Positions 38,230-47,737 of a DNA stretch of 64,000 nucleotides are shown here, piece by piece. This DNA comes from Candidatus Bathyarchaeota archaeon (GTDB lineage Archaea; Thermoproteota; Bathyarchaeia; Bathyarchaeales; Bathyarchaeaceae): positions 104,238 to 168,237 of the forward strand of contig JAUWDY010000001.1 of assembly GCA_030608565.1 (NCBI GenBank), in the 5' to 3' direction. Position numbers and translations under genes: made by a program. The number at the start of each line of letters is the position of its first letter. The first letter of the stretch is position 1. Under the pieces are notes generated by a model. That model worked only from the letters and a program-made list of their open reading frames with translations. It was not told the DNA's origin and ran no database searches.

Positions 38230-39633
38230 TTACAGTAACATTTTTAGCTCATCGATGGCCTGCAAAGCTCGTTTTCCACGCTTGGTAATTTTGAAGTATT
38301 TTCTTCTCTCCCTTTTATAGGCAATCACCAACCCTCTTTCTGAGAGTTCGTTTAGGTGCTGATAGACAGCGGCTCGTGTCATTGTTTTTCCAAGTTTTTT
38401 CCATAGGTCATAGCCGTAAGTGTCTTTTCTGCTGAGAATGCGCAGAATCTTTTCTTTTGTGCTTAATTCTAGGCCGACTACAGCGGTTTTGCGTTTTTTC
38501 GTCAGGGCCTGTAGTACATCGGTTGCTTTCAAACCGCTTGCGGTTATGAGACATACAACGCTGTCTTTCTTGTTGATAGTACCTTGAGCAACCATTTTTT
38601 CGAGCGCGGCTATTGTAGCTGAGCTCGCTGGCTCTGCAAAGATTCCTTCAAGCCTTGCGATTTTTTGTTCAGCGGTGAAGATTTCGGAATCGCTGACTGA
38701 GACAGCGATACCTTTCGATTCTGTTAGCGCCTTCAGTGCCCATATTCCGTTAAACGGGTTGCGCACAAGGATTCCTAAGGCGTGTGTGGACGGCTTATGA
38801 ACAACAGTTGGTTTTGATTTGCTTTTCAGGTGTGCATTGACTATGGGTGCGCATCCGTGAGCTTGTACGCCGACCATCTTCGGTAGCGTTTCAATCCTCC
38901 CGAGCATTTGCAGTTCTTTGAAGCCCTTCCAAATGGAGTATATAATTCCACCGCTCCCCATAGAAACGACGAACCAGTCGGGTACTCCAAATTGTTCCGC
39001 AACTTCGTATGCTACAGTTTTCTGGGCTTCAATTACGAGGGGGTTCAATTCAGCCGTGGCTTGATACCAACCTGTCTCTGCCGCCAATGACTCTGCCCGT
39101 TCTATGGAGTCGTCAACAATTTCACCGTATTCGTCAAGGATAGCATCGTAGATCAGCATTTGAGCCAGCTTACCCATGTCAACCAGTTTGGGAACAATAA
39201 TGTGACACGTGAGTCCAGACTTTGCGCAGTAAGCAGCCGAAGAGGCTCCTAGGTTCCCGTTCGAAGCACAAACCATAGAATTATGCTTCAAATCTAAAGC
39301 GTTGGAAACCATTAACGCGGCGCATCTGTCTCTAAAGGAATTCGTGGGGTTTCGTGTTTCATCCTTAAGATACACTGCACTCAAACCAAGCTTTTTGCTA
39401 AGACGCGTAGCTTTATGTAGGGGGGTGCCACCTTCGCCCAGTGTCACGGTGTTTTTGACTTCTGGAAGAAGTCGTTTGTATTTCCAAAAAGAGAGGGCAC
39501 CATCGAGCTTGATTCCTCTTAACTGTTCGAAATCAAGAGCATACTCCAAGAGGCCTCCGCACTTTTCGCATTTATATCGTGGAGGATACGGCTTCAGAGT
39601 TGCTGAACACTGGGTGCATCGCAAAATCGTCAT
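38230..39633 (-). CDS. Zinc ribbon + threonine-synthase-like fold II PLP-enzyme domain + C-terminal PadR/ArsR-like winged helix
   Basis: CTQCSATLKPYPPRYKCEKCGG; NPTNSFRDR (Arg in place of PLP Lys); ASNGNLGASSAAY; MGSGGIIY; C-term YGYDLWKKLGKTMTRAAVYQHLNELSERGLVIAYKRERRKYFKITKRGKRAL. Confidence 0.85.
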   Translation of the reverse strand: MTILRCTQCSATLKPYPPRYKCEKCGGLLEYALDFEQLRGIKLDGALSFWKYKRLLPEVKNTVTLGEGGTPLHKATRLSKKLGLSAVYLKDETRNPTNSFRDRCAALMVSNALDLKHNSMVCASNGNLGASSAAYCAKSGLTCHIIVPKLVDMGKLAQMLIYDAILDEYGEIVDDSIERAESLAAETGWYQATAELNPLVIEAQKTVAYEVAEQFGVPDWFVVSMGSGGIIYSIWKGFKELQMLGRIETLPKMVGVQAHGCAPIVNAHLKSKSKPTVVHKPSTHALGILVRNPFNGIWALKALTESKGIAVSVSDSEIFTAEQKIARLEGIFAEPASSATIAALEKMVAQGTINKKDSVVCLITASGLKATDVLQALTKKRKTAVVGLELSTKEKILRILSRKDTYGYDLWKKLGKTMTRAAVYQHLNELSERGLVIAYKRERRKYFKITKRGKRALQAIDELKMLL

Positions 39634-39761
39634 AGTGAATAAACTCCATGAAATAGTTGTGTTCTCCTAACTTTTATCGATTGTTTAGTAAATGTTTAAG
39701 AGAATCCGAGACGAGTTATGAACAGAACATCGCTAGTGAAGAGCATCTGAGGGAAGATTTA

Positions 39762-40049
39762 TTGAATATACGTGACTTGCAGCCCGGCATGAGCCGCGTA
39801 AGTATCAAAGTGAAGGTTGTAAGCGTTTCAGAACCCAAACATGTTACGTCGGGTAAGGGTGTTGAGCACGAAATCCTTGAGCTAGAGGTGGAAGATGAAA
39901 CCGGATCGATGGCGATGAATTTGTGGAACGAAAAGATAATTCCATTGAAAGTTGGAGACATCTTGCAAATTGAAAACGGCTTTGTGACATCATTCAAAGG
40001 AGTCCGGAGAATCAACGTCGGAAAATACGGTGAGGTAACGAAGGTTTAG
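39762..40049 (+). CDS. OB-fold nucleic-acid-binding protein (archaeal RPA/SSB-like)
   Basis: KVKVVSVSEPKHVTSGKGVEHEILELEVEDETGSMAMNLWNEKI; TTG start inferred after gagggaag; the track start at 39657 is probably too long. Confidence 0.7.
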   Translation: MNIRDLQPGMSRVSIKVKVVSVSEPKHVTSGKGVEHEILELEVEDETGSMAMNLWNEKIIPLKVGDILQIENGFVTSFKGVRRINVGKYGEVTKV

Positions 40050-40162
40050 TCGAGTTAAGGGTTTTTGTAAGAGGACAAGACTTTCTTCTCATAACGGTTC
40101 CCAAAATGTCAGCGTAAATCTCGTATGTCGTCCTTTTACTCAACATACTTCTCAAAACTGAG

Positions 40163-41236
40163 TCATAACTCCGTTGGGACGCTGGATGAACTACCGGCCA
40201 ATGTTTTGATTCCAACCCACTGCGTTGCCACAAATCCTATGGAGAGTCGGAGCCATACGGTTAAAATTCTTGTTAGAATGGTTGCAGCGCCGCCAATACC
40301 GACAGGAACACCGAGCAACGCGTAAAGGCTGATCATAATGGGTTCTACAATGCCCACTTCTGCGGGGATTCCTGCGGGTATAGCTTGAATGGCGCAACTG
40401 ATGGAATACACGGTAACCACGGTAATTATTACGCTGAAACTGAACGGGTAGCCGAGAGAAAGAAAAACCAGCAAAGATATGAGCAAACTAAAGAACCAAG
40501 ATACTATCGAAAAAATCACTGGTGGAACCAAGCTCGTAGGATGCGCACCTAAGATATCTATTGCCTGATGAAAAGCTTTCAAGGCTCTCTGTACTTCAGA
40601 TGTCAAACTGGTTAACCGCCAGCGACCTCTAGAAACAAACGCAATCAGCCTCAGCAAAGAATCGGTTATTTTACGGGTCATGTGCTCTTTGAAACATAAA
40701 AGGAGCAGGAAAACCAGTGTAATCACGGTGCCAAACGATACGAGTAATATTAGGTTCAAGATAAACCCAGGGATTTCATGCCTCAAAACTAGGAACGAGA
40801 GAGAACCAACGATCAGACTTCCTAGGGTTACCACAGATGAGAGGATTCTATGACTTACAACGGACGCTGCAACTCTTCCAGTGTTTTCGTTTGTTTCTTT
40901 GGACATTAAATAAGCTTTAGAAACATCCCCGCTAACCGATTCCGCAGGAACTAGAATGTCAACGAAAGCTCCAACCCAAACCAAAAGAAAAGTCTTCTTG
41001 AAAGAAGTTTTCACCGAGAGAGGACGCAAAAAATAATGCCAAGTCAACGCGTAGAAGAGTATGTCTAATAAAAAAGCGGCTATCGCCAGCGAGTAATAGA
41101 AAGGATTGACGCTTTGAATAGTTGCTATTATCTCAGGTATGTCAACGAAGAAGTACAGGTAACAAACAAAAACCAATAGGCCGATGAGCAGAAAAGGAAT
41201 GGACTTTGCTATCACCGTGCGCCTTTCTAACACCAT
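40163..41236 (-). CDS. Flippase-like / lysylphosphatidylglycerol synthase TM region (UPF0104) membrane protein
   Basis: Multi-TM; LLVWVGAFVDILVPAESVSGDVSKAYLMSKE; AIPAGIPAEVGIVEP. Confidence 0.8.
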   Translation of the reverse strand: MVLERRTVIAKSIPFLLIGLLVFVCYLYFFVDIPEIIATIQSVNPFYYSLAIAAFLLDILFYALTWHYFLRPLSVKTSFKKTFLLVWVGAFVDILVPAESVSGDVSKAYLMSKETNENTGRVAASVVSHRILSSVVTLGSLIVGSLSFLVLRHEIPGFILNLILLVSFGTVITLVFLLLLCFKEHMTRKITDSLLRLIAFVSRGRWRLTSLTSEVQRALKAFHQAIDILGAHPTSLVPPVIFSIVSWFFSLLISLLVFLSLGYPFSFSVIITVVTVYSISCAIQAIPAGIPAEVGIVEPIMISLYALLGVPVGIGGAATILTRILTVWLRLSIGFVATQWVGIKTLAGSSSSVPTEL

Positions 41237-41404
41237 TTACTGCTACACCCAACGCGCGAATAGAAGCAGATAACAGTTACTGCATATTATATTTTACTTG
41301 GCACGAAATCCTTCCACTACATATCGACAACATGGTTCATCTCGTCACATCAGACCTCGCCAAATCTAGATGTAACAACTTGCCAATGCGCCAATCATTC
41401 ATAT

Positions 41405-43051
41405 TCAAAATTCTGGTTTTGTATTTCCTAGCTTTCTGTCTAAACATGCCTTGACAAAGCCATAGTATTCTGGGTCCGGTTTGCCTGGACGGCTCTTGAA
41501 CTCGCCATGAAATTGTGAGGCTAAGAAGAAGAACTTGTCTGGCAGTTCCAGAATCTCTATTCTCCTGCCGTCTGGACTTTTGCCTGAGAATACCAGTCCA
41601 TGCTTTTGCAACACGTTCCAGTAGTCTCGGTTGACTTCCCATCTGTGGCGATGGCGCTCATAAATTTCTTCAGTCCCGTATAGTGTGTACGCCAGAGTAT
41701 TCTTTTTGACTATGATTTTATGTGCGCCTAACCGCATGGTTGCTCCCTTGTATTCGACGCCTCGCTGTTCAGGCATCAGATCGATTACTGGATTTGTGGT
41801 GTCTGGGTTAACTTCCGTGCTGTTGGCGTCTTCTAGTCCACATACGTTACGGGCAAACTCCACGACTGCCAGTTGAAAACCATAGCATATACCCAAAAAC
41901 GGTACGTTATTTTCACGCGCAAAACGGATTGCCCTCATTTTTCCTTCAGTTCCCCTGGGGCCAAAGCCATAGGGAATGAAGATTCCGTCGTAATTTTTGA
42001 GCAATTCTAATCTGCTTACATCTCTTTCGAGCCGTTCTGCCTTGATGTAGTCGATTGAAATTCGGGTTTGCCAGGCAGCTCCTCCATGTCGCAGTGCCTC
42101 GTTCATGCTTACGTAGCTGTCAGCCAAGCCTGCGTATTTGCCAACTAATCCTATTTTGACCTCGAAGCGTGGATTTTCAACAGAGTTCACGAATCGTTTC
42201 CACTCGCTCCATTTGGGTCTTTTTTGTGGTATACCCAACCGTTTACAGGCATATTTGCCCATGCCTTGCTTGTCCAAGATCAGTGGAACCTGGTAGATGG
42301 AGGGAACATTGTACGAGCAGAACACGGCGTTTTCTGGTATTGTGCCGAACAGCGCTATCTTTCGGAGGGCTTCGGAGTCAATCATTTTTCTGCATCGAGC
42401 TACGATAATGTCTGGTTGGATACCGATTCGGCGTAGTTCATTTACGCTGTGTTGGAGAGGTTTTGTCTTCATCTCGCCAGTGACGTCTAAAATGGGGATG
42501 AGGGCTATGTGAACGTATAGGGTGTTCTGGAATCCCTCTTCTAAGCGCATTTGACGAATTGCTTCGAGGAAGGGTAAGCCTTCTATGTCCCCGACTGTGC
42601 CTCCGCACTCGGTTAAAACGACATCAACTTTTGACCGTTTCGCGACCAAGCGGATTCGACGCTTAATTTCGTTCGTGATGTGGGGAACAATTTGGACGCA
42701 CTTTCCTAGGAAGTCGCCTCGACGTTCTTTGTTGATAACCGTCTGATATATCTGTCCGGTTGTGATGTTATTCACCTTTGGCAGGTTGAGGTCTAGAAAT
42801 CTCTCGTACCCGCCGAGGTCGAGGTCTGTTTCTCCTCCGTCGTCTGTCACATAGACCTCTCCGTGGATGTAGGGATTCATTGTACCTGCGTCTACGTTGA
42901 CGTAGGGGTCTATCTTTATCACTGTGACCTTGTAGCCTCTGGTTTGAAGCATTTTTCCGATAGATGAGGTTGTGATGCCCTTGCCTACGGAAGAGAGCAC
43001 GCCGCCCGTTACGAAGACAAACTTTGTCATCAAGGGGCCTCGCAATAACAC
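41405..43051 (-). CDS. pyrG: CTP synthase (start probably at internal MTKFVFVTGG)
   Basis: FVFVTGGVLSSVGKGITTSSIGKMLQTRG; C-terminal GATase PFLGICYGFQLAVVEFAR. Confidence 0.97.
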   Translation of the reverse strand: MLLRGPLMTKFVFVTGGVLSSVGKGITTSSIGKMLQTRGYKVTVIKIDPYVNVDAGTMNPYIHGEVYVTDDGGETDLDLGGYERFLDLNLPKVNNITTGQIYQTVINKERRGDFLGKCVQIVPHITNEIKRRIRLVAKRSKVDVVLTECGGTVGDIEGLPFLEAIRQMRLEEGFQNTLYVHIALIPILDVTGEMKTKPLQHSVNELRRIGIQPDIIVARCRKMIDSEALRKIALFGTIPENAVFCSYNVPSIYQVPLILDKQGMGKYACKRLGIPQKRPKWSEWKRFVNSVENPRFEVKIGLVGKYAGLADSYVSMNEALRHGGAAWQTRISIDYIKAERLERDVSRLELLKNYDGIFIPYGFGPRGTEGKMRAIRFARENNVPFLGICYGFQLAVVEFARNVCGLEDANSTEVNPDTTNPVIDLMPEQRGVEYKGATMRLGAHKIIVKKNTLAYTLYGTEEIYERHRHRWEVNRDYWNVLQKHGLVFSGKSPDGRRIEILELPDKFFFLASQFHGEFKSRPGKPDPEYYGFVKACLDRKLGNTKPEF

Positions 43052-43256
43052 ACCATAAGCTACGGTTCTGATTAAAATTCTTTTGTGTGTGTTTGTGGAA
43101 GGTAATCATTTTTTGTGAGTGGGCTGGGTGAAGGCTTAAGTCTATGATGTGAGATTTGAACTTCTAACCAGCTTGGGGATATCGCCTATAATCTCCTCTC
43201 AGCCGTGTATTCTATCCTAATCCTTTTAGCTATCCTAACCCCTTCCACTTTACTGA

Positions 43257-44264
43257 ATGAATATGCCGAGAATCATGCCACCGTGGGAAGTCGAAAGAAA
43301 ACTTATTGTGAAAGCTGAGGGGGAAACCAATCCAGATTACGGCTGTAGCCCAGACGAAAGACCTCTCGAAGACTACATCAAGTTTGGGGTAATAAACCTA
43401 GACAAGCCACCCGGGCCTTCAAGCCACGAAGTCACAGCTTGGACAAAACGTCTCATAAACATTCAACACGTTGGCCACGGTGGAACACTAGACCCTAAAG
43501 TAACCGGCATTCTCCCCATCGCCCTAGAAGAAGCCACAAAAATAATCCAAGCTCTCCTCGTCGCCGGAAAAGAATACATCTGCGTAACAAGACTTCACTC
43601 TGAAGTGCCAGAAGACCGAGTTAAAACCGTTCTAAACGAATTCGTAGGAGCAATCTATCAAAGGCCACCAATCCGATCCTCAGTCAAACGCCAGCTAAGA
43701 ACCCGCAAAATCTACTACCTAAACCTCCTCGAAATCAAAGATCGCAACATACTTTTCCAAGTAGGCTGCGAAGCAGGAACATACATACGTAAACTCAGCC
43801 ATGATATAGGCGAAGTCTTGGGCTGCGGAGCCCACATGCAAGAACTACGCAGAACAAGGTCTGGGGCACTCACTGAAGACCGTAGCCTAGTCACACTGCA
43901 CGACATATCATACTTCTACGCACAATACCAAGAAACCAAAGACGAAAAACACCTCCGCAGATTCATACAACCAATGGAGAAAACCTTGCGATTACTACCA
44001 AAAATCATCATACGCGACTCAGCCGTAGGTGCCATTTGCCACGGAGCCAACCTAGCAGCCCCAGGCGTCCTAGCACTGGAAACTAAGATATATCCAAACG
44101 ACGCAGTCGCCATGTTCACACAGAAAGGCGAAGCAGTAGCACTCGCAAAAGCGCTAGAATCCACAGAAAACATCTTAAAGAAAGACCATGGATTCGTCGC
44201 AAAAACACAACGGGTGTTAATGCCACGTGGCGTCTATCCAAAAAAATGGCAAACCCACAAATAG
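43257..44264 (+). CDS. cbf5: Cbf5-type RNA-guided pseudouridine synthase
   Basis: YIKFGVINLDKPPGPSSHEVTAWTKRLI, HVGHGGTLDPKVTGILPIALEEATK, C-terminal PUA region. Confidence 0.95.
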   Translation: MNMPRIMPPWEVERKLIVKAEGETNPDYGCSPDERPLEDYIKFGVINLDKPPGPSSHEVTAWTKRLINIQHVGHGGTLDPKVTGILPIALEEATKIIQALLVAGKEYICVTRLHSEVPEDRVKTVLNEFVGAIYQRPPIRSSVKRQLRTRKIYYLNLLEIKDRNILFQVGCEAGTYIRKLSHDIGEVLGCGAHMQELRRTRSGALTEDRSLVTLHDISYFYAQYQETKDEKHLRRFIQPMEKTLRLLPKIIIRDSAVGAICHGANLAAPGVLALETKIYPNDAVAMFTQKGEAVALAKALESTENILKKDHGFVAKTQRVLMPRGVYPKKWQTHK

Positions 44265-44325
44265 CCCCATTGTTTTCAAAAAGCCTAAAAATAACAGTGA
44301 CCCCTTTTATCCTAGACTGAAAGAA

Positions 44326-44471
44326 GCCGGGGTGTCCTAGAGCAACGCGTCAAATGCGGGAAATCAGGTAGGGAGCAGATTCAACCTGAAAAGAAGCTCA
44401 CGCCTGGAGTTCGATTAGAAAGCCTGTGGTCCTTTTGGGCCGCGTGGGTTCGAATCCCACCCCCGGCGCCA
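44326..44471 (+). tRNA. tRNA-Ser(GGA) with three introns (44341-44363, 44379-44401, 44410-44420) and encoded CCA
   Basis: Spliced product GCCGGGGTGTCCTAGTCAGGTAGGGAGCAGGCCTGGAGAGCCTGTGGTCCTTTTGGGCCGCGTGGGTTCGAATCCCACCCCCGGCGCCA folds as a canonical long-variable-arm tRNA-Ser; BHB geometry at each intron. Confidence 0.93.
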
Positions 44472-44510
44472 AACTCCACGAACTACGTTTGAACCCTCGT
44501 TTTGAAATTT

Positions 44511-44531
44511 CATTAGTGGATTTCACTAATG
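44511..44531. terminator. Stem-loop CATTAGTG-GATTT-CACTAATG between tRNA-Ser and a convergent gene
   Basis: Perfect 8-bp inverted repeat; terminator role is a guess. Confidence 0.4.
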
Positions 44532-44563
44532 TGCGAAGACCCTTTCTTCTAAGGATCGCTTTA

Positions 44564-45208
44564 TCACGAAGTTGCGCCACCTATTTGCCAACCATTTTCT
44601 TCCCATGCCTTTCTCATCACGGGATTGCGCTTGAGATACTCATCAACAACTTCCTTGGGTACTCTGTTCAAAAGACAAGAAAAATTGACACATTTGGAAC
44701 ATGTGTATTTTTGCAAAGTCCAAAAAAACATTATCAAGCCCCATGCGGTAAGAAGAGACAAGATGATTTGCTCACCAAGAATTAGGAATAGAAAGGGATA
44801 ACCGCACATTAGAGTGAAACCGATTAGAAGCTGAATTTTCTCTGAATTACTAATAGGTTCGGGATGGTATTTCCAGAACTTAGGGCACCCATAATTGGCG
44901 ATACAGTGTAGCGTGAATCCTTTTTCAGCATAATAAGGGCAATGACTGCAAAGGATACGAATCTCCCAGAACCCAAAAAAGATTATCGCCAGCCCCACCC
45001 AACCCAAAAGATACCAACCATAGCCACCCAATATCATTCCAACAAAAGCTGGAATAGCAAAGGTCAAGAAAAGACCCATAAAACGAAGCAAATCTCCTGT
45101 TCTAAAGCGACATTTCAGGCGACCAGCAATGGTGCAATCTTTACACTCGGAAATTGGCCTACAAGTACATATATTGTAGGGGTTATTTGTTTGCTCTTGT
45201 TTTTTCAC
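44564..45208 (-). CDS. Cysteine-rich membrane protein
   Basis: CTCRPISECKDCTIAGRLKC; CSHCPYYAEKGFTLHC; CSKCVNFSC; four TM segments. Confidence 0.65.
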   Translation of the reverse strand: MKKQEQTNNPYNICTCRPISECKDCTIAGRLKCRFRTGDLLRFMGLFLTFAIPAFVGMILGGYGWYLLGWVGLAIIFFGFWEIRILCSHCPYYAEKGFTLHCIANYGCPKFWKYHPEPISNSEKIQLLIGFTLMCGYPFLFLILGEQIILSLLTAWGLIMFFWTLQKYTCSKCVNFSCLLNRVPKEVVDEYLKRNPVMRKAWEENGWQIGGATS

Positions 45209-45361
45209 GATGAAACTTCCCGCGTGCGCAACGGAGGAAACTCTTCCACCCTACAGGCTTGCACTGACCGTAGAGGATTTACTCTGCCCCGATACATGCA
45301 TGCATTTCTCTATTGAGTAGGTCACTAATGTTTATCCCACGGACATTGCATATTTATGGAT

Positions 45362-45574
45362 TCATTTTTCAGGTCTAACGATTAAATATCCTTCATTAAT
45401 TAGCCAGTGATGAAATTGCCATGTTGTAAATTTACATTTTGTCCTGCAAATTTGCCTTACTTTTTCATATTCCTCAGAACCCGGCTTCTTAGAATTTAAC
45501 TCCAATTGTACTGGACATTTTACATCATTGCAGAATTCTCTCTTCCTATAATCGACATATCCTTGAATTGACAT
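45362..45574 (-). CDS. Small cysteine-containing protein
   Basis: MSIQGYVDYRKREFCNDVKCPVQLEL...CRTKCKFTTWQFHHWLINEGYLIVRP. Confidence 0.55.
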   Translation of the reverse strand: MSIQGYVDYRKREFCNDVKCPVQLELNSKKPGSEEYEKVRQICRTKCKFTTWQFHHWLINEGYLIVRPEK

Positions 45575-45705
45575 GGTTACAGAAAAAAGTCAACAAGATA
45601 ATAAGGTTTGTGCGCTCGCCAAAAAAATAGGTTGGTTTAAACTCTTCCAGAAGCACTTAAACCGAGTTCTAAACCTAGTATCCAGCGTCAAAAACAACAA
45701 TTGTG

Positions 45706-46389
45706 CTAGTCTTCAGTCTTGCTTGGTTTCGCATCTGGCTTGTAAAGCCGTTTCTCATAGGCTGATTTTGGCTTGAATTTACCCCGATACTGCCGCATAG
45801 ATGACCTTCTGCGCTCCACGTTGGCAAGCCGAGCTCGAGCCCTCGCTATCTTGGTCTTAGAAGGCTCTCGGAGTCTACGTGGTTTGGTTGGTCGAAAAGT
45901 TTTATCCATGAATGCGGAGGTGGCTTTCCTGCGTTTTCTACGAGTTTTCTTTTTGACCAATCCTTCTCTTCTGAAAGTAACCCTTTCATGTTCCAAATTG
46001 ACAGTGTGCACTTTCCATTTTACATCCAGCCACGCTTGAGCTTGAGGGCTACTCTGTGTGCTCCACCAGTGTCGATGATGCGTAGCTGAGAAGGGAAGGC
46101 TATCGTCGATTATCTCTTCAATCTTAGCGAAAGGCAATGTGACGTGATCAGCATACCGTGCTTTTCTCGCCAAATACCTACTGAGTGGACTGTACTTGCT
46201 TCCTCTTATCTTCGGTGAGACAAGCCTTCTGGCACAGTTCAAACAGATGAGGTTACCATCCCACGTATATGTGATGCAGTCTCTGCAGTACATTTTTTTA
46301 CAACGGTAACAACGCCTAAGGGAATAATGCGAAAATTTTCTCTCGCACAGCGAACAGTCTTCTTTCATTGCAGACTCCCTACGCTGCAT
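45706..46389 (-). CDS. Zinc-finger + DUF7662-like domain + basic tail protein
   Basis: CSLCERKFSHYSLRRCYRCKKMYCRDC..CLNC; YSPLSRYLARKA...LPFSATHHRHWWST...QAWLDVKWKVHTVNLEHERVTFRR; Arg/Lys-rich tail. Confidence 0.65.
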   Translation of the reverse strand: MQRRESAMKEDCSLCERKFSHYSLRRCYRCKKMYCRDCITYTWDGNLICLNCARRLVSPKIRGSKYSPLSRYLARKARYADHVTLPFAKIEEIIDDSLPFSATHHRHWWSTQSSPQAQAWLDVKWKVHTVNLEHERVTFRREGLVKKKTRRKRRKATSAFMDKTFRPTKPRRLREPSKTKIARARARLANVERRRSSMRQYRGKFKPKSAYEKRLYKPDAKPSKTED

Positions 46390-46515
46390 TAGTTTCTTCT
46401 AGTTGTTCTTCTCGTGCAGCGAATTTAAACATGTTCTTTCAGCAAATTCAGCCGGCAAAAGCCTTTATGCGCACTTGCAGTACAAAAGCTAGTTTAAAGG
46501 AGTAGAATAAGTGGT

Positions 46516-47727
46516 GTGGCCATGCCAAAACTGGCGATAAGCAAGAAAGAGTATGAGAAAAGAATAGAAACTGTTAGAAAAGAGCTCGTGAAAAGAAAGT
46601 TAGATGCCCTGTATCTAACGAGTGGTATAAGCTTCTTTTACCTCACAGGATACTCGTACATCGCCACCGAAAGACCCGCAGCACTCATTATTCCTGTCGA
46701 AGGCGAGATAACCTTTATGGGGCCTCTCCTAGAAATTGATCACATCCCATTAAAAACCACCTTGATAGAAACCATCAAGACATATGCGGACTATCCAGGA
46801 CACAAACATCCAATAGACCATTTCGCAAGTTTCCTCAAAGAACTAGGATTAAGCGACAAAAAGATTGGCACAGATAACCCAGCTGGAGCCGCCGAAATCT
46901 GGGGTTACAAGGGTCCACCGATAACAGAAAAGCTGCCTAAAACCGAGTTTGTGAAGGCAAAAGACATAGTTGAAAACATGCGAATAATAAAATCGAAAGA
47001 AGAGATTGCGCTGATAAAAGAGAGCGCCAAATGGGGAAACCTAGCCCACACATTACTTCAAGAATATACGGAACCTGGCTTATGGGACGTCGACATTGCA
47101 TTGAGAGCCTCCTACGAAGCCTCGATGACCCTGAAGAAGACGTTAGAGCCAGAGTATGAGCCGTGTAGAAGAAGTGGAGCACCAGCAAGTGCAGGTTTTA
47201 GAGGTCAAGTCGGTGCGATGTCAGCTATCCCTCACGCAATCGGCACAAAGAAGAGAATTGAAGTTGGAGAGGTCATCGTGACAGGTGCCGGAGCAGAAAT
47301 CGGCGGATACAACAGTGAACTTGAGCGAACCATGATTGTTGGAGAACCAACTGAAAAACAGAAAAGGTATTTTGAGGTCATGTTGAAGGCTCAAGATGTG
47401 GCTTTAGCAGCTTTCAAGCCTGGAGCAAAATGTTGCGGCGTTGATAAAGCAGCCCTGAAAGTGATTCAGAAAGCAGGCTACGCTGGATTGATAAGGCATC
47501 ATACTGGTCATGGAATAGGCTTAGAAGGTCACGAGCCACCGTGGCTGGATGTAGGCGACGACACTATTATGAAGCCTAGCATGGTCTTCAGTTGCGAGCC
47601 GGGTATATACGAACCGGGGTTTGCGGGTTTTCGGCATTCAGATACTGTGGTGATAACAGAGAATGGAGTAGAGAGAATAACATATTATCCTAGAGACTTG
47701 GAATCATTGATCATCCGAAAGGAATAA
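46516..47727 (+). CDS. pepQ: Xaa-Pro dipeptidase (M24)
   Basis: HHTGHGIGLEGHEPPWLDVGDDTIMKPSMVFSCEPGIY. Confidence 0.88.
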   Translation: MAMPKLAISKKEYEKRIETVRKELVKRKLDALYLTSGISFFYLTGYSYIATERPAALIIPVEGEITFMGPLLEIDHIPLKTTLIETIKTYADYPGHKHPIDHFASFLKELGLSDKKIGTDNPAGAAEIWGYKGPPITEKLPKTEFVKAKDIVENMRIIKSKEEIALIKESAKWGNLAHTLLQEYTEPGLWDVDIALRASYEASMTLKKTLEPEYEPCRRSGAPASAGFRGQVGAMSAIPHAIGTKKRIEVGEVIVTGAGAEIGGYNSELERTMIVGEPTEKQKRYFEVMLKAQDVALAAFKPGAKCCGVDKAALKVIQKAGYAGLIRHHTGHGIGLEGHEPPWLDVGDDTIMKPSMVFSCEPGIYEPGFAGFRHSDTVVITENGVERITYYPRDLESLIIRKE

Positions 47728-47737
47728 CGCTTCTCTA

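Noticed and set aside
44376-44388. CAG-ATTCAAC-CTG looked like an anticodon arm with UCA (tRNA-Sec-like)
   Set aside because: A 3-bp stem only; three well-formed BHB introns give a perfect CAGGC/GCCTG stem with GGA anticodon and a standard tRNA-Ser body.
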